DNA of 64,000 nucleotides, taken from NCBI GenBank assembly GCA_050945695.1, contig JBMNTK010000002.1, positions 3,395 through 67,394 of the forward strand, given 5' to 3'. This stretch comes from Anaerolineae bacterium (GTDB taxonomy: Bacteria; Chloroflexota; Anaerolineae; DRVO01). Positions 16,427 to 26,875 of the stretch are shown piece after piece (positions within the stretch are counted from its first letter, which is position 1; each line of letters starts with the position of its first letter). Both the position numbers and the translations under genes were made by a program. The notes under the pieces were generated by a model. It did no database searches. It was given only the letters and a program-made list of their open reading frames with translations, and was not told where the DNA came from.

Positions 16427-19135
16427 CTACGCCGGGCTCACTTCCAGCCGGCCCCGCTCCCCGCAGGGCAGGCTCACGGTGAAGGCCCCGTCGGTGATCT
16501 GCTTCACCGGGCAGGGCTGGCCGTTCCACGTCGCCCGGTAGCTCCCAGGCTGCAGGCAGGCCAGGACGCTCAGCTTGGAGCCGGACTGCCCAAAGGTGCG
16601 CAGCTCGGCCGCCAGCCCCGTGTTTCCTGGCGCCACCTCGAGCTCTTCCATCCAGACATCGAATCCCGTGGTCAGCCGGCCGGGGCGGAAGTAGGCCCCG
16701 TACCACGACAGGACAGGAGCGGACAGGGAGGTGAACTGGTGCCAGCCGGCTCCGCGGCCGGTGGCCACGATGAAGTGCTCGTAGCAGTTGTAGGAGGCGT
16801 CCACCTCTCGCTTCCACACGTTCAGGCCGGTGCGGGCGATCTGCCAGCCCAGGTCATCCTCGCCCAGGTCCAGGCAGGTCTTCCAGAAGAACCACTGGTG
16901 CGGCATCCACACGGCCCCGTTCCAGTAACCATCAATCAGGTAGTAGGGGGCGCTGCGGTCCACGGCGGTGATGCCGATGGGCGTCCAGAGCTCATTGGGG
17001 TTGGCCAGGTGGCCCAGGAGCCTTTCTCTCTGTTCCGGAGTGCAGATGCCGGCTTCTAGGGGGTAGACGCCGTCCAGCCCCTTGTTGAGGTTGACCCCGT
17101 TCTCATCCCGCAGGAAGCCTTGCGGGCGACCTTGGTCGTCGTGGACGACGTAGGAGAAGTAGCCGGCTTCTTCATCCCAGGCGTGCGTCTGAAGGGCCTC
17201 GGTGAACAGCCGGATGTCCTCGTCGTACGCGGGCAGGTCCTCTTCGCGACCCAGGGCCTGGGCGGCCATGCGCAGGATCTTGGCGGTGCGGATGGCATGG
17301 CAGGTGTTCGAGGCCGGCGCGACCCGGTCCGTGAGCTTGTGCTTGTGCACGTAGACCTGAGCGGCGTAGTCGTCCCAGCCGCCGGAGTTGTAGAAGTAGT
17401 CCCAGGTCTTGAGCAGGTTGGAAGGCAGGGAGCGGGTGGTGGAGCTGCCCAGCCGCCCGGCCATGAACTCGTGGTACTGTTTGAGCCGAGGGTAGAAGTG
17501 CGCTAGGAGCTCCCGGTCCTGGGTGCGGTTCCAGATGTCCAAGAACAGGTAGTGCTGGACCGGCACCGGGCTGCCGTGGTGGATGAAGGCGGCGTGCGGG
17601 TCACCGGGCTCGGTGAGGTAGGCATTGAGGTAGTCAATCGCCCCTTCCGGGTTGGTCTCCAACAGGCCCAGCCCCACGAAGCCGGCGTCCCAGGTGTAGA
17701 GGCAGTTCCACCAGCGCCCGTAGGTGTAGTGGCGCACGTGGGTGCCGCGCACGTAGAGGGGGTAGACCAGGTTGGTGAGGGTGGTGGCGGCCATACGGTC
17801 CTGGCTGAACTCGTAGGGCTTGCCGTCCGGGTTGCCGGCCGAGATGAAGCGGCGGGCACGGGCAGCGTTATAGGCGGCCTCGTGGGCCTCGTGGTCGCCG
17901 CCGAAGCTGGCCAGCCGCGCCTGGACGGAGGCGCTATCCCCGCAGCAGACGAGCCCGTAGAGCACCCGGCTCTCACCCGGCCCCAAGGGGATGGGGCGCA
18001 GGAAGGCATTGGTGAAGTGGCCGTCGGTCTTTCGGGGGTCCCACCAGTGGCGCAGGACGTTGGAGACGTGCTCGTGAACCAACCGCGGCAGGAAGTGGTC
18101 TAGCTCGTCGGTGAGGAACTCCCGGATCTGGAAGTGATCCCAGTCCCAGCCCAGGCCGTATTCCACCCCGGGGATGTCACGGTACTGCAGGCGCACGCTG
18201 CTGGGGGTGGGGCCGGGGAGGATCTCAGGCCGGTACTCCCAGGCGACCTCGCTGAAGCGCACTTCGGCGGTCCGGCCGGCCGGGCAGAGGACGAACCCAT
18301 CCAGCTCCACCGGGCTGCCGCCCTCGGCGGTGAGCACCAGCGACTGGGCTCCGGTGGGCAGGTTGGGCAAGGGGACCTCGGTCACCCACAGGCCCTCGGT
18401 GGGCATCAGGTTCACGGTGGTCTCAGCCAGCCCCGTCAGCTGCAGGCGACAGGGAGCAGAACCGGGAAGCCGGTAGCGGATGAGCAATGCCGCGTCGGAG
18501 AGCCCCTCGGGCACGTTCACGGTGTAGGTCAGCCGGTCGCCAGCGTCGGCCCCGAAGCGTTGACCCACGCCGCTTCCCCCCACGAAGCCGTGGTCACGGA
18601 TCTCGCCTCGATACATGCCGTCGGGCACGAGGTTATCGGTGGGGCGAGGGTGGGCCCAGGTGAGATCGTCGTAGGACAGGGCATCTATCCAAGTGGCTCC
18701 CTCCGGCAGGTGGACCTGACCCGGACGGACGACCTCGTCGCAGTTGGGGCGGAGCTGAGGGAAGTAGACGGCGGCCACGAAATGGAGGGCCAGGGCTTGG
18801 GGCAGGTCGGTGTTGTTGACCAGGTGGCAGCGGATGAGGCGGGTGTCATCGTCTAGCCGCACGTAGGAGATGTCGGCGTAGACCTGGTCCTTCCACTCCA
18901 GTTCGTGGCGGTAGGTGTAGTAGGACAGATCCGGCGCCGCCTCCCAGGGGTAGTGCATGGATTCCCACTTCACGTTGGGGACGGCCACCCGGCCCCGGTA
19001 GAACCCGGGGAATACGCTCAGGTCGAAGCGGATGCCGGAGGGAACATCAGGCACGTGGGAAATGCCCACGTAAGCTTTGGTGTAGGGGCCCCACTGGGGC
19101 AGGTTCAGATCGTGGTTGCTCTTGAGTGGTTGCAT
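16427..19135 (-). CDS. Large glycoside hydrolase-like protein ((alpha/alpha)6 six-hairpin superfamily, GH63/GDE-like)
   Basis: 902 aa. Segments 'WNCLYTWDAGFVGLGLLE', 'GGWDDYAAQVY' and 'YWNGAVWMPHQWFFW' resemble six-hairpin glycosidases. The most N-terminal region (C-terminal half of the protein) is beta-rich, with no specific family match recognised. Confidence 0.5.
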   Translation of the reverse strand: MQPLKSNHDLNLPQWGPYTKAYVGISHVPDVPSGIRFDLSVFPGFYRGRVAVPNVKWESMHYPWEAAPDLSYYTYRHELEWKDQVYADISYVRLDDDTRLIRCHLVNNTDLPQALALHFVAAVYFPQLRPNCDEVVRPGQVHLPEGATWIDALSYDDLTWAHPRPTDNLVPDGMYRGEIRDHGFVGGSGVGQRFGADAGDRLTYTVNVPEGLSDAALLIRYRLPGSAPCRLQLTGLAETTVNLMPTEGLWVTEVPLPNLPTGAQSLVLTAEGGSPVELDGFVLCPAGRTAEVRFSEVAWEYRPEILPGPTPSSVRLQYRDIPGVEYGLGWDWDHFQIREFLTDELDHFLPRLVHEHVSNVLRHWWDPRKTDGHFTNAFLRPIPLGPGESRVLYGLVCCGDSASVQARLASFGGDHEAHEAAYNAARARRFISAGNPDGKPYEFSQDRMAATTLTNLVYPLYVRGTHVRHYTYGRWWNCLYTWDAGFVGLGLLETNPEGAIDYLNAYLTEPGDPHAAFIHHGSPVPVQHYLFLDIWNRTQDRELLAHFYPRLKQYHEFMAGRLGSSTTRSLPSNLLKTWDYFYNSGGWDDYAAQVYVHKHKLTDRVAPASNTCHAIRTAKILRMAAQALGREEDLPAYDEDIRLFTEALQTHAWDEEAGYFSYVVHDDQGRPQGFLRDENGVNLNKGLDGVYPLEAGICTPEQRERLLGHLANPNELWTPIGITAVDRSAPYYLIDGYWNGAVWMPHQWFFWKTCLDLGEDDLGWQIARTGLNVWKREVDASYNCYEHFIVATGRGAGWHQFTSLSAPVLSWYGAYFRPGRLTTGFDVWMEELEVAPGNTGLAAELRTFGQSGSKLSVLACLQPGSYRATWNGQPCPVKQITDGAFTVSLPCGERGRLEVSPA

Positions 19136-19532
19136 CGGGTTCTCCCTGGTTGGATGGACCGGCTGGCGCGCGAGGTCAAGGTCCTGTGCTCACTGAGGCT
19201 GCGAGTATAGCCGGGGCCGGATGGCCCGGCCAGAAGTGAGGTGGAGCCCTCACCCCCCAGCCCCCTCTCCCACGCCATGGGAGAGGGGGGCGGGAGCTCC
19301 CCTCAGCCATCGCCCCCTAGCTTGCGCGCCCATAGCCCCGTGGTACACTTCCCCTACTTCGCCCGACCCCTGGGCAATGAAGGTGCACGAATGGTCAGAG
19401 CTTCCTCAGCGCAGTGACCGAGATCCCGCCATCTGAGGCGCCGTAGAGGCGTCTGTTCGGCGCGCGCTCCTCGTGTCGCTGCCGTGATCGTCCGCGTCTT
19501 GCCGGTTTTCACTCAGCGGACTCGAGGAAGCT

Positions 19533-21341
19533 ATGTACCCTACGAAACCATTCCCTGCCGACTCGTGGCAGCGCCAGGCCAGGCGCCTGCTGCAGCATTA
19601 CCTCTTTCCCCATCGTTCTGCTATGGCCCTTCTGGGCCTGCTCATCCTGGCCGGCACAGGCTTGGAGCTGCTTGGGCCCCAGGTGCTTCAGTGGGCTATT
19701 GACGCTGCCCTCTCTGGCACTACCTCCTCCTATCTTGGGCGCCTCGGCTTGCTCTACATGGCCACCATCCTCATGGTCCGAGCTGTTCAGGCGGGCACGG
19801 CCTACTTGGCCGCCGACCTGGGCTGGCGGGCCACTAACCGTCTGCGGGGAGACCTCGCCCGACACGTCCTAGCCCTGCCCCTGCACTTCCATGCCGAGCT
19901 GACGCCGGGCCGACTGGCCGAGCGCATTGACGGGGACGTGGGCGCCCTGGGTGGGCTGCTCTCGAGCTTCGTCCTCCGGCTCTTGGCCAATGGGGTGCTC
20001 CTCATTGGGGCCATCGTCGTCCTCTTCGCCAAGGACTGGCGGGTGGGACTGATCTTCCTGGCCTCGCTGGCGGTGACGGTGCTCGTGTACCGCCGGCTGG
20101 GGAGCGTGGCCGTGCCCGCGTCTCGCGCCGAGCGCCAGGCCCAGTCCGAACTGATGGGGGTGCTGGAGGAGGACCTGGCCGGGGCGGCAGATGCCCGGCC
20201 CCTGGGCGCGGAGCCCTACCTGCTCCGGCGCCTCTACCGGGCCGCCCGCGAGCACGTCCTCGCTTCTCGGCTGGCCTGGCCCTTGGGCGCCGTGCCCTTC
20301 GCCGCCACCCTGCTGATCATGGGGCTGAACGAGGCCCTGGGATTGGCTGTGGGGGTGCGGCTGGTGGAGACCGGCGTCCTTACGCTGGGCACCGTTTACC
20401 TCATTGCCCAGTACAACGAGCTCGTTGGCCAGCCGCTACGCGAGCTGTCCCGTCAGCTGGGCCAGCTCCAGGCCGCGGGTGCCAGCGTCCAGCGGGTCGA
20501 AGCCCTCTTAGCCCACCCGCCCGAACGCGATGCCGAGGAAGAGGGCGGGCCCGTGCTTCCTCCCGGCCCGCTAGGTGTCCGCTTCCGGGACGTGGACCTC
20601 GCCTACCCGGGTGGTCCGCCGGTGCTGCGGGGCTTGAGCTTCGCCCTCGCCCCCGGGCGCTGCCTGGGCGTGGTGGGCCGGACGGGGGGCGGCAAGTCCA
20701 GCCTGGCTCGGTTGCTCCTGCGGCTGTATGAGCCCACGGGAGGCTCCACCCTGATCGGCGCTGGCGACGAGTGGCACGACATCCGCCAGGTGCCGCTGGC
20801 GGAGCTACGCCGCCGGGTGGGGCTGGTGACTCAGGAGGTGCAGCTATTCCCGGCCAGCGTGCGCGACAACCTCACCCTCTTTGGTGCCCTGGCGGCCGAC
20901 GACGACCGGTTGACCTGGGCCCTGGAGGAGGTGGGGCTGGGAGCCTGGCTGCGGCGGCTTCCTCGTGGGCTAGATACCCTCGTCCTCTCCGGAGAGGGCG
21001 GCCTCTCTGCCGGCGAGGCCCAGTTGCTGGCCCTGGCGCGGGTCTTCCTACGCGACCCCGGGCTGGTGCTTCTGGACGAGGCCTCCTCCCGGCTGGACCC
21101 CTCCAGCGAGGCTCTGCTTCAGCGGGCAGTGGACCGGCTGCTTGCGGGCCGCACTGCCATCGTCATCGCCCACCGCCTGAGCACACTGGACCGCACCGAC
21201 GAGGTGCTGGTGATCGAGGCTGGGCAGGCGCGGGAGCACGGGCCGCGAGAGGCTCTCGCCGCTGACCCAGGCTCGCGCTTCCACCGTCTGCTGCAGGTTG
21301 GGCTGGACGGCTCGGACGGCGCGTCGGGTTCTGAGGAGTAG
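19533..21341 (+). CDS. ABC exporter, fused TMD-NBD (heterodimer partner 1)
   Basis: Walker A 'GRTGGGKSS', ABC signature 'LSGEGGLSAGEAQLLALAR' and 6 TM helices at the N-terminus. Confidence 0.85.
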   Translation: MYPTKPFPADSWQRQARRLLQHYLFPHRSAMALLGLLILAGTGLELLGPQVLQWAIDAALSGTTSSYLGRLGLLYMATILMVRAVQAGTAYLAADLGWRATNRLRGDLARHVLALPLHFHAELTPGRLAERIDGDVGALGGLLSSFVLRLLANGVLLIGAIVVLFAKDWRVGLIFLASLAVTVLVYRRLGSVAVPASRAERQAQSELMGVLEEDLAGAADARPLGAEPYLLRRLYRAAREHVLASRLAWPLGAVPFAATLLIMGLNEALGLAVGVRLVETGVLTLGTVYLIAQYNELVGQPLRELSRQLGQLQAAGASVQRVEALLAHPPERDAEEEGGPVLPPGPLGVRFRDVDLAYPGGPPVLRGLSFALAPGRCLGVVGRTGGGKSSLARLLLRLYEPTGGSTLIGAGDEWHDIRQVPLAELRRRVGLVTQEVQLFPASVRDNLTLFGALAADDDRLTWALEEVGLGAWLRRLPRGLDTLVLSGEGGLSAGEAQLLALARVFLRDPGLVLLDEASSRLDPSSEALLQRAVDRLLAGRTAIVIAHRLSTLDRTDEVLVIEAGQAREHGPREALAADPGSRFHRLLQVGLDGSDGASGSEE

Positions 21342-21344
21342 ATC

Positions 21345-23084
21345 GTGAAGTCCTGGAAAGCGTCACTCAAGCTGATTGCCTATTACCCGGGGTGGTACGC
21401 CGCCTCGGCCGGCGTTTGGGCTTTGGCCTTCTTCGTTCCCATCGGCACTGGGCTGGCCATGCGGGGGCTGCTCGACCGGTTGGCAGCCGGGCCGGCTACC
21501 CTGGCCAACGCCTGGAGCTGGATCGCGCTCATCCTGGCCATCCGGCTGGGCCGCTCGGTGCTCGACTTCCCGGCCGCCTGGGTATTCGCCCACCACCTGG
21601 GGCGCGTCCGCACCCTCCTGCGCGCCAACCTCCTTCGCGGCTACCTGCGCCGGCTGGGGACCCAGGAGGTGGCGGTGGACGGTGTGGGCGACGCCCTGAA
21701 CCGGTTGCGCGACGATGTGGAGCCCCTGGCCCACCTGGCCGCCGACGACGGGGTGGACGCGTTGGGGCGGGCGGTGCGGCTGGTGGTGATGTTAGGCATC
21801 CTCCTGGCGGTGAACCCGACCGTCACCTTGGCCGTGGTTCCGCCGCTGGTGGGCTGTGCCCTGCTGGCACAGGTGCTTTCGGCTCGGCTGGTCCGCTACC
21901 GCGAGGCCAGTCGGCGGGCGACGGGGGAGATGGCGAGCTACCTCAATGAGATGCTGGGCGGCGTGCAGGCGCTCAAGCTGGCCGGCGCCGAGGCCGCGGC
22001 TGCCGGTCAGTTCGAAGTCCGCTGCGAGGCCCGTCGGCGTGCCGGCCTCCGCGATACTCTGGCCAGTGAAACGGCGGAGCGGGGCCTGGACGGGCTGACC
22101 CAACTTGCCGGTGGGTTGGTGCTGCTCGTGGCTGCGCCCGCCCTGACGGCCGGGACCTTCAGCGCGGGAGACCTGGCGCTGTTCATCTCCTGCGCTGGGC
22201 AGGTGACCGACGTGGTTAGCTTCTTCACCCACATGCTGGTGGTCTACCGGCAGGCGGACGTGTCGGCTGCTCGGCTGGCCGCGTTGGTGCCGGAGGGGGA
22301 GTCGGGCACCATCGTGGAGCGGGGCCCGATCTACATGGATGGCCGCCTGCCCGAGATTCTCCGGCCCGAGCGTACGCCCGATGACCGGCTGCAGCGGCTG
22401 GAGGTGCGCGGGCTCACCTGCCGCCATGCCGGAAATGGCCACGGGATCGAGGACGTGAGCTTCAGCCTGGAGGCCGGCACCCTCACCGTCATCACCGGGC
22501 CGGTGGGCTCGGGCAAGAGCACACTGCTGCGGGCCCTCCTGGGGCTGCTACCCCTGGACGGCGGTGAGGCGCGCTGGAATGGGCAAGTGGTTGAGGACCT
22601 GGGAGGGTTTCTGCGGCCACCTCGGGCGGCGTACGTACCCCAGACGCCGGTGCTGTTCAGCGATACCCTGAAGGAGAATGTCCTGCTGGGGCTGGAGGTC
22701 TCGGACGAGGAGCTGGAGCAGGCGTTGCACGTGGCGGTGCTGGGGCCGGACGTGGAAGTGCTTTCGGAGGGGCTGGAGACGGTGATCGGGCCCCGGGGGG
22801 TGAAGCTCTCGGGAGGCCAGCAGCAGCGCGCGGCGGCGGCGCGGGCCTTGGTGCGCGAGCCGGAGTTGCTGGTGCTGGATGACTTGTCGAGTGCGCTGGA
22901 TGTGGAGACGGAGCGGCTCCTGTGGGAGAGGATTCTGGGTAGAGGGAGGACGGTGCTGGCGGTGTCGCACCGGCCGGAGGTGCTGCGGCGGGCGGATGAG
23001 GTGATCGTGCTCAGGGAGGGGCGAGTGGAGGCGGTGCATAGCGGGGGTATGCGTGAGCCATGGGGGAAGGGCGGACGCGGCTAG
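21345..23084 (+). CDS. ABC exporter, fused TMD-NBD (heterodimer partner 2)
   Basis: Walker A 'GPVGSGKST', signature '[15 protein letters not shown]'. GTG start 3 nt after the upstream stop, with GAGGAG RBS. Confidence 0.85.
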   Translation: MKSWKASLKLIAYYPGWYAASAGVWALAFFVPIGTGLAMRGLLDRLAAGPATLANAWSWIALILAIRLGRSVLDFPAAWVFAHHLGRVRTLLRANLLRGYLRRLGTQEVAVDGVGDALNRLRDDVEPLAHLAADDGVDALGRAVRLVVMLGILLAVNPTVTLAVVPPLVGCALLAQVLSARLVRYREASRRATGEMASYLNEMLGGVQALKLAGAEAAAAGQFEVRCEARRRAGLRDTLASETAERGLDGLTQLAGGLVLLVAAPALTAGTFSAGDLALFISCAGQVTDVVSFFTHMLVVYRQADVSAARLAALVPEGESGTIVERGPIYMDGRLPEILRPERTPDDRLQRLEVRGLTCRHAGNGHGIEDVSFSLEAGTLTVITGPVGSGKSTLLRALLGLLPLDGGEARWNGQVVEDLGGFLRPPRAAYVPQTPVLFSDTLKENVLLGLEVSDEELEQALHVAVLGPDVEVLSEGLETVIGPRGVKLSGGQQQRAAAARALVREPELLVLDDLSSALDVETERLLWERILGRGRTVLAVSHRPEVLRRADEVIVLREGRVEAVHSGGMREPWGKGGRG

Positions 23085-23529
23085 GGCCACAGCGGAGCTG
23101 TGGCTGCCGCCATGCCTAGCCCTGAGGGCCTACAGCCGAGGGTGGACAGCGTTCGATCACTCTACAGGGTGATCGAATGCTGTGGGTCCTCTCGGCGGGC
23201 AGCCAGCGGCCTACTGCGACTTGTTTGCCTTTTCCATCAGCCGGGAAGTAGTGGACCTAGGAAGTCTGTAGCTGCTGTTCACTTGCACTGCGAAGTGCTA
23301 TCATCCCGCCGCCGTTTCCGCAAGCAGTATTGGGATAGGGAGGATACTAGCGCCGGGCTGGAGGTGGCGCCGTGGTTCGTTGTGAACCCCCACCTGGGAG
23401 GGGCTTTCCAAGGAAGGGGCGGCGAAGAAGACCCTCGTCATCGTGCCCTGAGGCCGAGGGAAGGTCTGGGACGACGCTCCCGACCGGGGACGGGTGGTCG
23501 CGGGTAAGCCATACTGAGGAGGAGCCAAC

Positions 23530-24290
23530 ATGGTAGCATCGCCGGTGGTGGACTTGCTCGTCCGACGTGGTGAGGAGCTTCTGGCCCAGCCCAGGTCAGA
23601 GTCGCCGCTCTCAGACATCCCCCAGGTCAACGCGCTGGTGTCAGACATCGAGAACCAGCCTCACGCCTTCGTGCTGGGCTGCCTGATGCAGCGGCAGGTC
23701 CCTTTCGAGAAGGCCTGGCGCGTGCCACATGAGATCCGTGCCCGCCCAGGCAGCTTTGACTTCCCGCGGCTACTAGAACTCACGCCCCAAGCAGTTCAGG
23801 ACCTGTTCCGTAGACCTCCCGCACTGCACCGGTCAACGAAGCGATGGCCGAAGTCTTCTACCGGGGTGTGCACCAGATCGCTGACGAATACGCTGGGGAT
23901 GCCTCGCGCATATGGGCAGGAAGCCCCAGCTGCGATACGGTGCGGCGAAGGTTTCTGAGCGTTCACGGTGCCGGGCCGAAGATCGCATCAATGGCCGTGA
24001 ACATCCTGGTGCGCGACCTGAAGGTGCCCCTCACTGACCGGCGATCCCTCGACGTCGCCCTCGATGTCCACACCCGCCGCGTCCTCAAGCGAACCGGCCT
24101 CGTGCCTGCAGGAGCTGAGGACTCCGAGATGCTCCAGGCTGCCCGCCTGATCGGCCCTGACTACCCAGGGCTGCTTGACCTGCCGCTGTGGGAGATCGGG
24201 CGCGAGACTTGCCACGAGGTGGGGCCTGGTTGCCGGCGCTGCCGCCTGGGCAAGCACTGTCCGAGCGCAGGAAGACGTCGAGGAGGCTAG
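23530..24290 (+). pseudogene. HhH-GPD (endonuclease III-like) DNA glycosylase split by a frameshift near 23825-23845
   Basis: ORF 23530-23958 encodes the N-terminal helical part. ORF 23844-24290, in a different frame, encodes HhH 'VHGAGPKIA', catalytic 'LDVHTRRV..RTGL' and a C-x6-C-x2-C-x5-C [4Fe-4S] loop. Confidence 0.5.
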
Positions 24291-24293
24291 GGG

Positions 24294-25194
24294 GGTGTTC
24301 ACGATCGACGTCCCCCGGGCAAGGCAGGTAGCGGCCGATCTGCTGGCTGCCTATGGGGAGCAGGGGATCTTCGGCAGAAAGGATATGCCGGAGGACCTCT
24401 TGCCGGAGGGGGTGAGGCCGGGCTCGGAGGAGCACCGCCGCTTCGTCACCCTCACGGTGGCCATAGACTACATGCGAAACGCCGACGAGCTTTGGACGGC
24501 GGGCCGACGTACCTACGCGGATCCGCAGACACGCTGCCTCTACGACCCCCACGTGGTGGCCGACACGGGCCTGGCGAAGGTCATCGCCGACATGCAGCGC
24601 TATGGGCTGTCTAGAAAGCCCCAGCAGGATGCCACCACCTGGGCCACCGTCTGCACTACGCTGGCCACACGCTTTGGGGGCCGGGTGGGCGTGCTCCTGG
24701 AGACTGCCGGGACGGACGCGCCCAAGCTTCTCGAGCTGGTGCGCAAGCGCTACGGGGGCGGATTCCCCTTCCTCAAGGGCGCCAAGATTGGTCCCCTGTG
24801 GGTGAGGATGCTGCACGACAACTGCGGGGTCCCGCTCCAGCGCCTGGGCGACATAGCTCTGCCGGTGGACGTGCACACTGCTCAGGCCACGCTGCAGTTA
24901 GGCTGCGTGCGTCCGCTACGGGACAGAGGGCCGATGTCGGCGCTCACGGAGGCGGTGCAGCGGGTGTGGCGCGAGGCGCTGAAGGACAGCCCAGAGGGCG
25001 TCTATCCCCTGAAGCTGGATGAGCCGCTGTGGACGCTCAGTCGCCTGGGTTGCAGAGCCACGCAGACCTGGCCGTGTGGGACGCGTGGGCAGTGCCCGGT
25101 AGCGGCGTATTGCTTGCCGGAGAGGGTATGGCTGCAGGTGGCTGGGAACCCTGGATCCAGCAGGTCGGAGTGGCGTGTGACCACAGACAGGTAG
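24294..25194 (+). CDS. Second HhH-GPD-like putative DNA glycosylase with C-terminal Cys4 cluster
   Basis: 'FLKGAKIGPLWVRML' (HhH-like) and 'ALPVDVHTAQATLQLG' (PVDTHV-type Asp motif). C-terminal C-x7-C-x5-C-x5-C. GTG start after GAGGAGG. Confidence 0.45.
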
Positions 25195-25269
25195 CTAGGA
25201 AGCGAGAACCGCCGGCGTGACACCGGCGGTTCCCCTACCTTGGCTGCTCTGGGTTCAGCGGGCTCCGGC

Positions 25270-25839
25270 CTAGGGCCGACTCAGAATGTGGAGTGTGCTG
25301 TCCTCTTTCTCGATAGCCTCACGTGCCTCTGGTATCAACCGATAGCGCCAGATGCCGCCTACCTTGTCAGACTCCATCATGTGACCGGTGCCTGTCCTAC
25401 CCGGCCGGCCGGCGGTGTCGACTCCGGGAGTGGCCTCGATCCGCCTGCCGAGTGCCCCGAGGATACCCGACAGCTGCGAGTCGCTCAGGCCGAGCTTCTG
25501 GACGAGGTCACGGCGTAAGAGACCGGCATCACCGGCCTCGTACAGTGAAGCGAGGAGCTGCTTGTAGTTCTCTCCCAGCTCTCGTCTATTGAGCACATCC
25601 TGAAGGAATCTCACTAGAGCTGTGCTCCTGTCTGCACCCTTCTCCGCGACCTCATCAACCGGGTGTTGCTCTGCCTCACCACTCCGGGGCTGCCCCCGAA
25701 TCGCAAGAAACTGAGCGTACTCCTCCGGCGTGCCCTCGAACTCAACAACCTTCATGGCAACCTCCCTGGACTCCATTGCAGGTTCCTCCTGCATCCGACA
25801 AGTAACCTCCCGTGCTGCTGCTTCCGCATTACTCGGCAC
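25270..25839 (-). CDS. Hypothetical acidic cytoplasmic protein (low-GC island)
   Basis: 189-aa ORF. 3' part is high GC, 5' part low GC. No recognisable domain; possible wHTH-like segment 'LLRRDLVQKLGLSDSQLSGILGALGRR'. Confidence 0.35.
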   Translation of the reverse strand: MPSNAEAAAREVTCRMQEEPAMESREVAMKVVEFEGTPEEYAQFLAIRGQPRSGEAEQHPVDEVAEKGADRSTALVRFLQDVLNRRELGENYKQLLASLYEAGDAGLLRRDLVQKLGLSDSQLSGILGALGRRIEATPGVDTAGRPGRTGTGHMMESDKVGGIWRYRLIPEAREAIEKEDSTLHILSRP

Positions 25840-26258
25840 CTCCTCAACCTGACATCGCGGTGGCCCTTCGCCCCACTGCTGAAGACAGTTTAGATCATCG
25901 GTACGCGGTTGTCAAGAGGTTCTCACGAGTGCTTTAGCACCAAACGAGGCGCTGAGCAACCGGGGCTCTGCGGGAGGCAGGCCAGAACGGGGCTGAAGTC
26001 CGAGTCGGATGGGAGCCGGATGCGAACCTAGCCCAGGAGGGCAACTGCGTCCACTCTCCGGGCACGGTTCATGCGCGCATACAGAGGTCTAGGCACTAGT
26101 GCGCCTATGCGAGGAGGCGCCTGCGTGATCTCACACAGAAACGTAGGTGCCAGAGCCACTGAGGGCAGTGATTCCAATCACTCCAGAGCATTCGGCTGGC
26201 TAGGGATTTACTCAGCATCGCCCATCGCTGGCTCATATGGAGCTGGTAGGAGATCGGT

Positions 26259-26654
26259 GTGGTCGACCCGGTGGAGGGCTACAAGTTCATCACCTCTCGT
26301 ATCGCAAGCTTCGAGAACAGAATGGGCGAGAGCTTCAACTCCTACATACAGCTATCTTCAGCTGTAGTGGGAGGATACGTTTGGACTAGAACACAACTAC
26401 ATGACTCCCAACTGCTCGGCGTCATCCATGTTCTGGCTCCTGTCTTACTGGTGCTGATTGGGACCAGCACGGTGCTCTTGGTTGTCTTCGATGTTCGCAG
26501 TTGGTGCGGGTACAGAAAGGCCGAGTCGAACCTAACGGGGGGTGCGGCCCCTAACCCTCGATTCCCTGGTTCTATGCTCCAGGAATTGGTGATGATCACG
26601 TTCGTGGTGGTTACCACCGCCCTTGGTGCCTCCTACCTATGGCTGCAATCGTAG
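26259..26654 (+). CDS. Hypothetical small membrane protein (2 TM) in low-GC island
   Basis: 131 aa, with two clear hydrophobic helices. Local GC ~55% versus ~68% background. Confidence 0.3.
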   Translation: MVDPVEGYKFITSRIASFENRMGESFNSYIQLSSAVVGGYVWTRTQLHDSQLLGVIHVLAPVLLVLIGTSTVLLVVFDVRSWCGYRKAESNLTGGAAPNPRFPGSMLQELVMITFVVVTTALGASYLWLQS

Positions 26655-26875
26655 GGAAGAAGGCGCACAGTCGGCCCCGACAGAGGAAGGTCGAGCGGAC
26701 AAGCTAGAGGGCCGGCGGGACAGACGGTTGCGACTCGGCACGCGCTCATGCAGGCGCCTTCTCACAAGAGAGCGCTGGTGCCTAACCCCTGTACGAGCGT
26801 GTGCCGTGTCATAGCCGTCAGTAGCCAAATGTGCGGTGAGGACAAGATGACCTGCACTACAAGCCTCCTCCCCCC

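Noticed and set aside
17503-18856. Several 160-240-aa ORFs on both strands inside the glycoside hydrolase gene
   Set aside because: Overlapping or antisense to a 902-aa CDS. Low-complexity Ala/Gly/Thr/Pro translations.
23100-23507. 135-aa ORF in the long non-coding gap
   Set aside because: Arg/Gly/Ser-rich, with no start context or domain. The region is better explained as non-coding.
26519-26570. tRNA-like 'gagtcgaacc' (complement GGTTCGACTC, T-loop-like) in the low-GC island
   Set aside because: No cloverleaf can be built (no acceptor/D/anticodon stems). It lies inside ORF 26259-26654.
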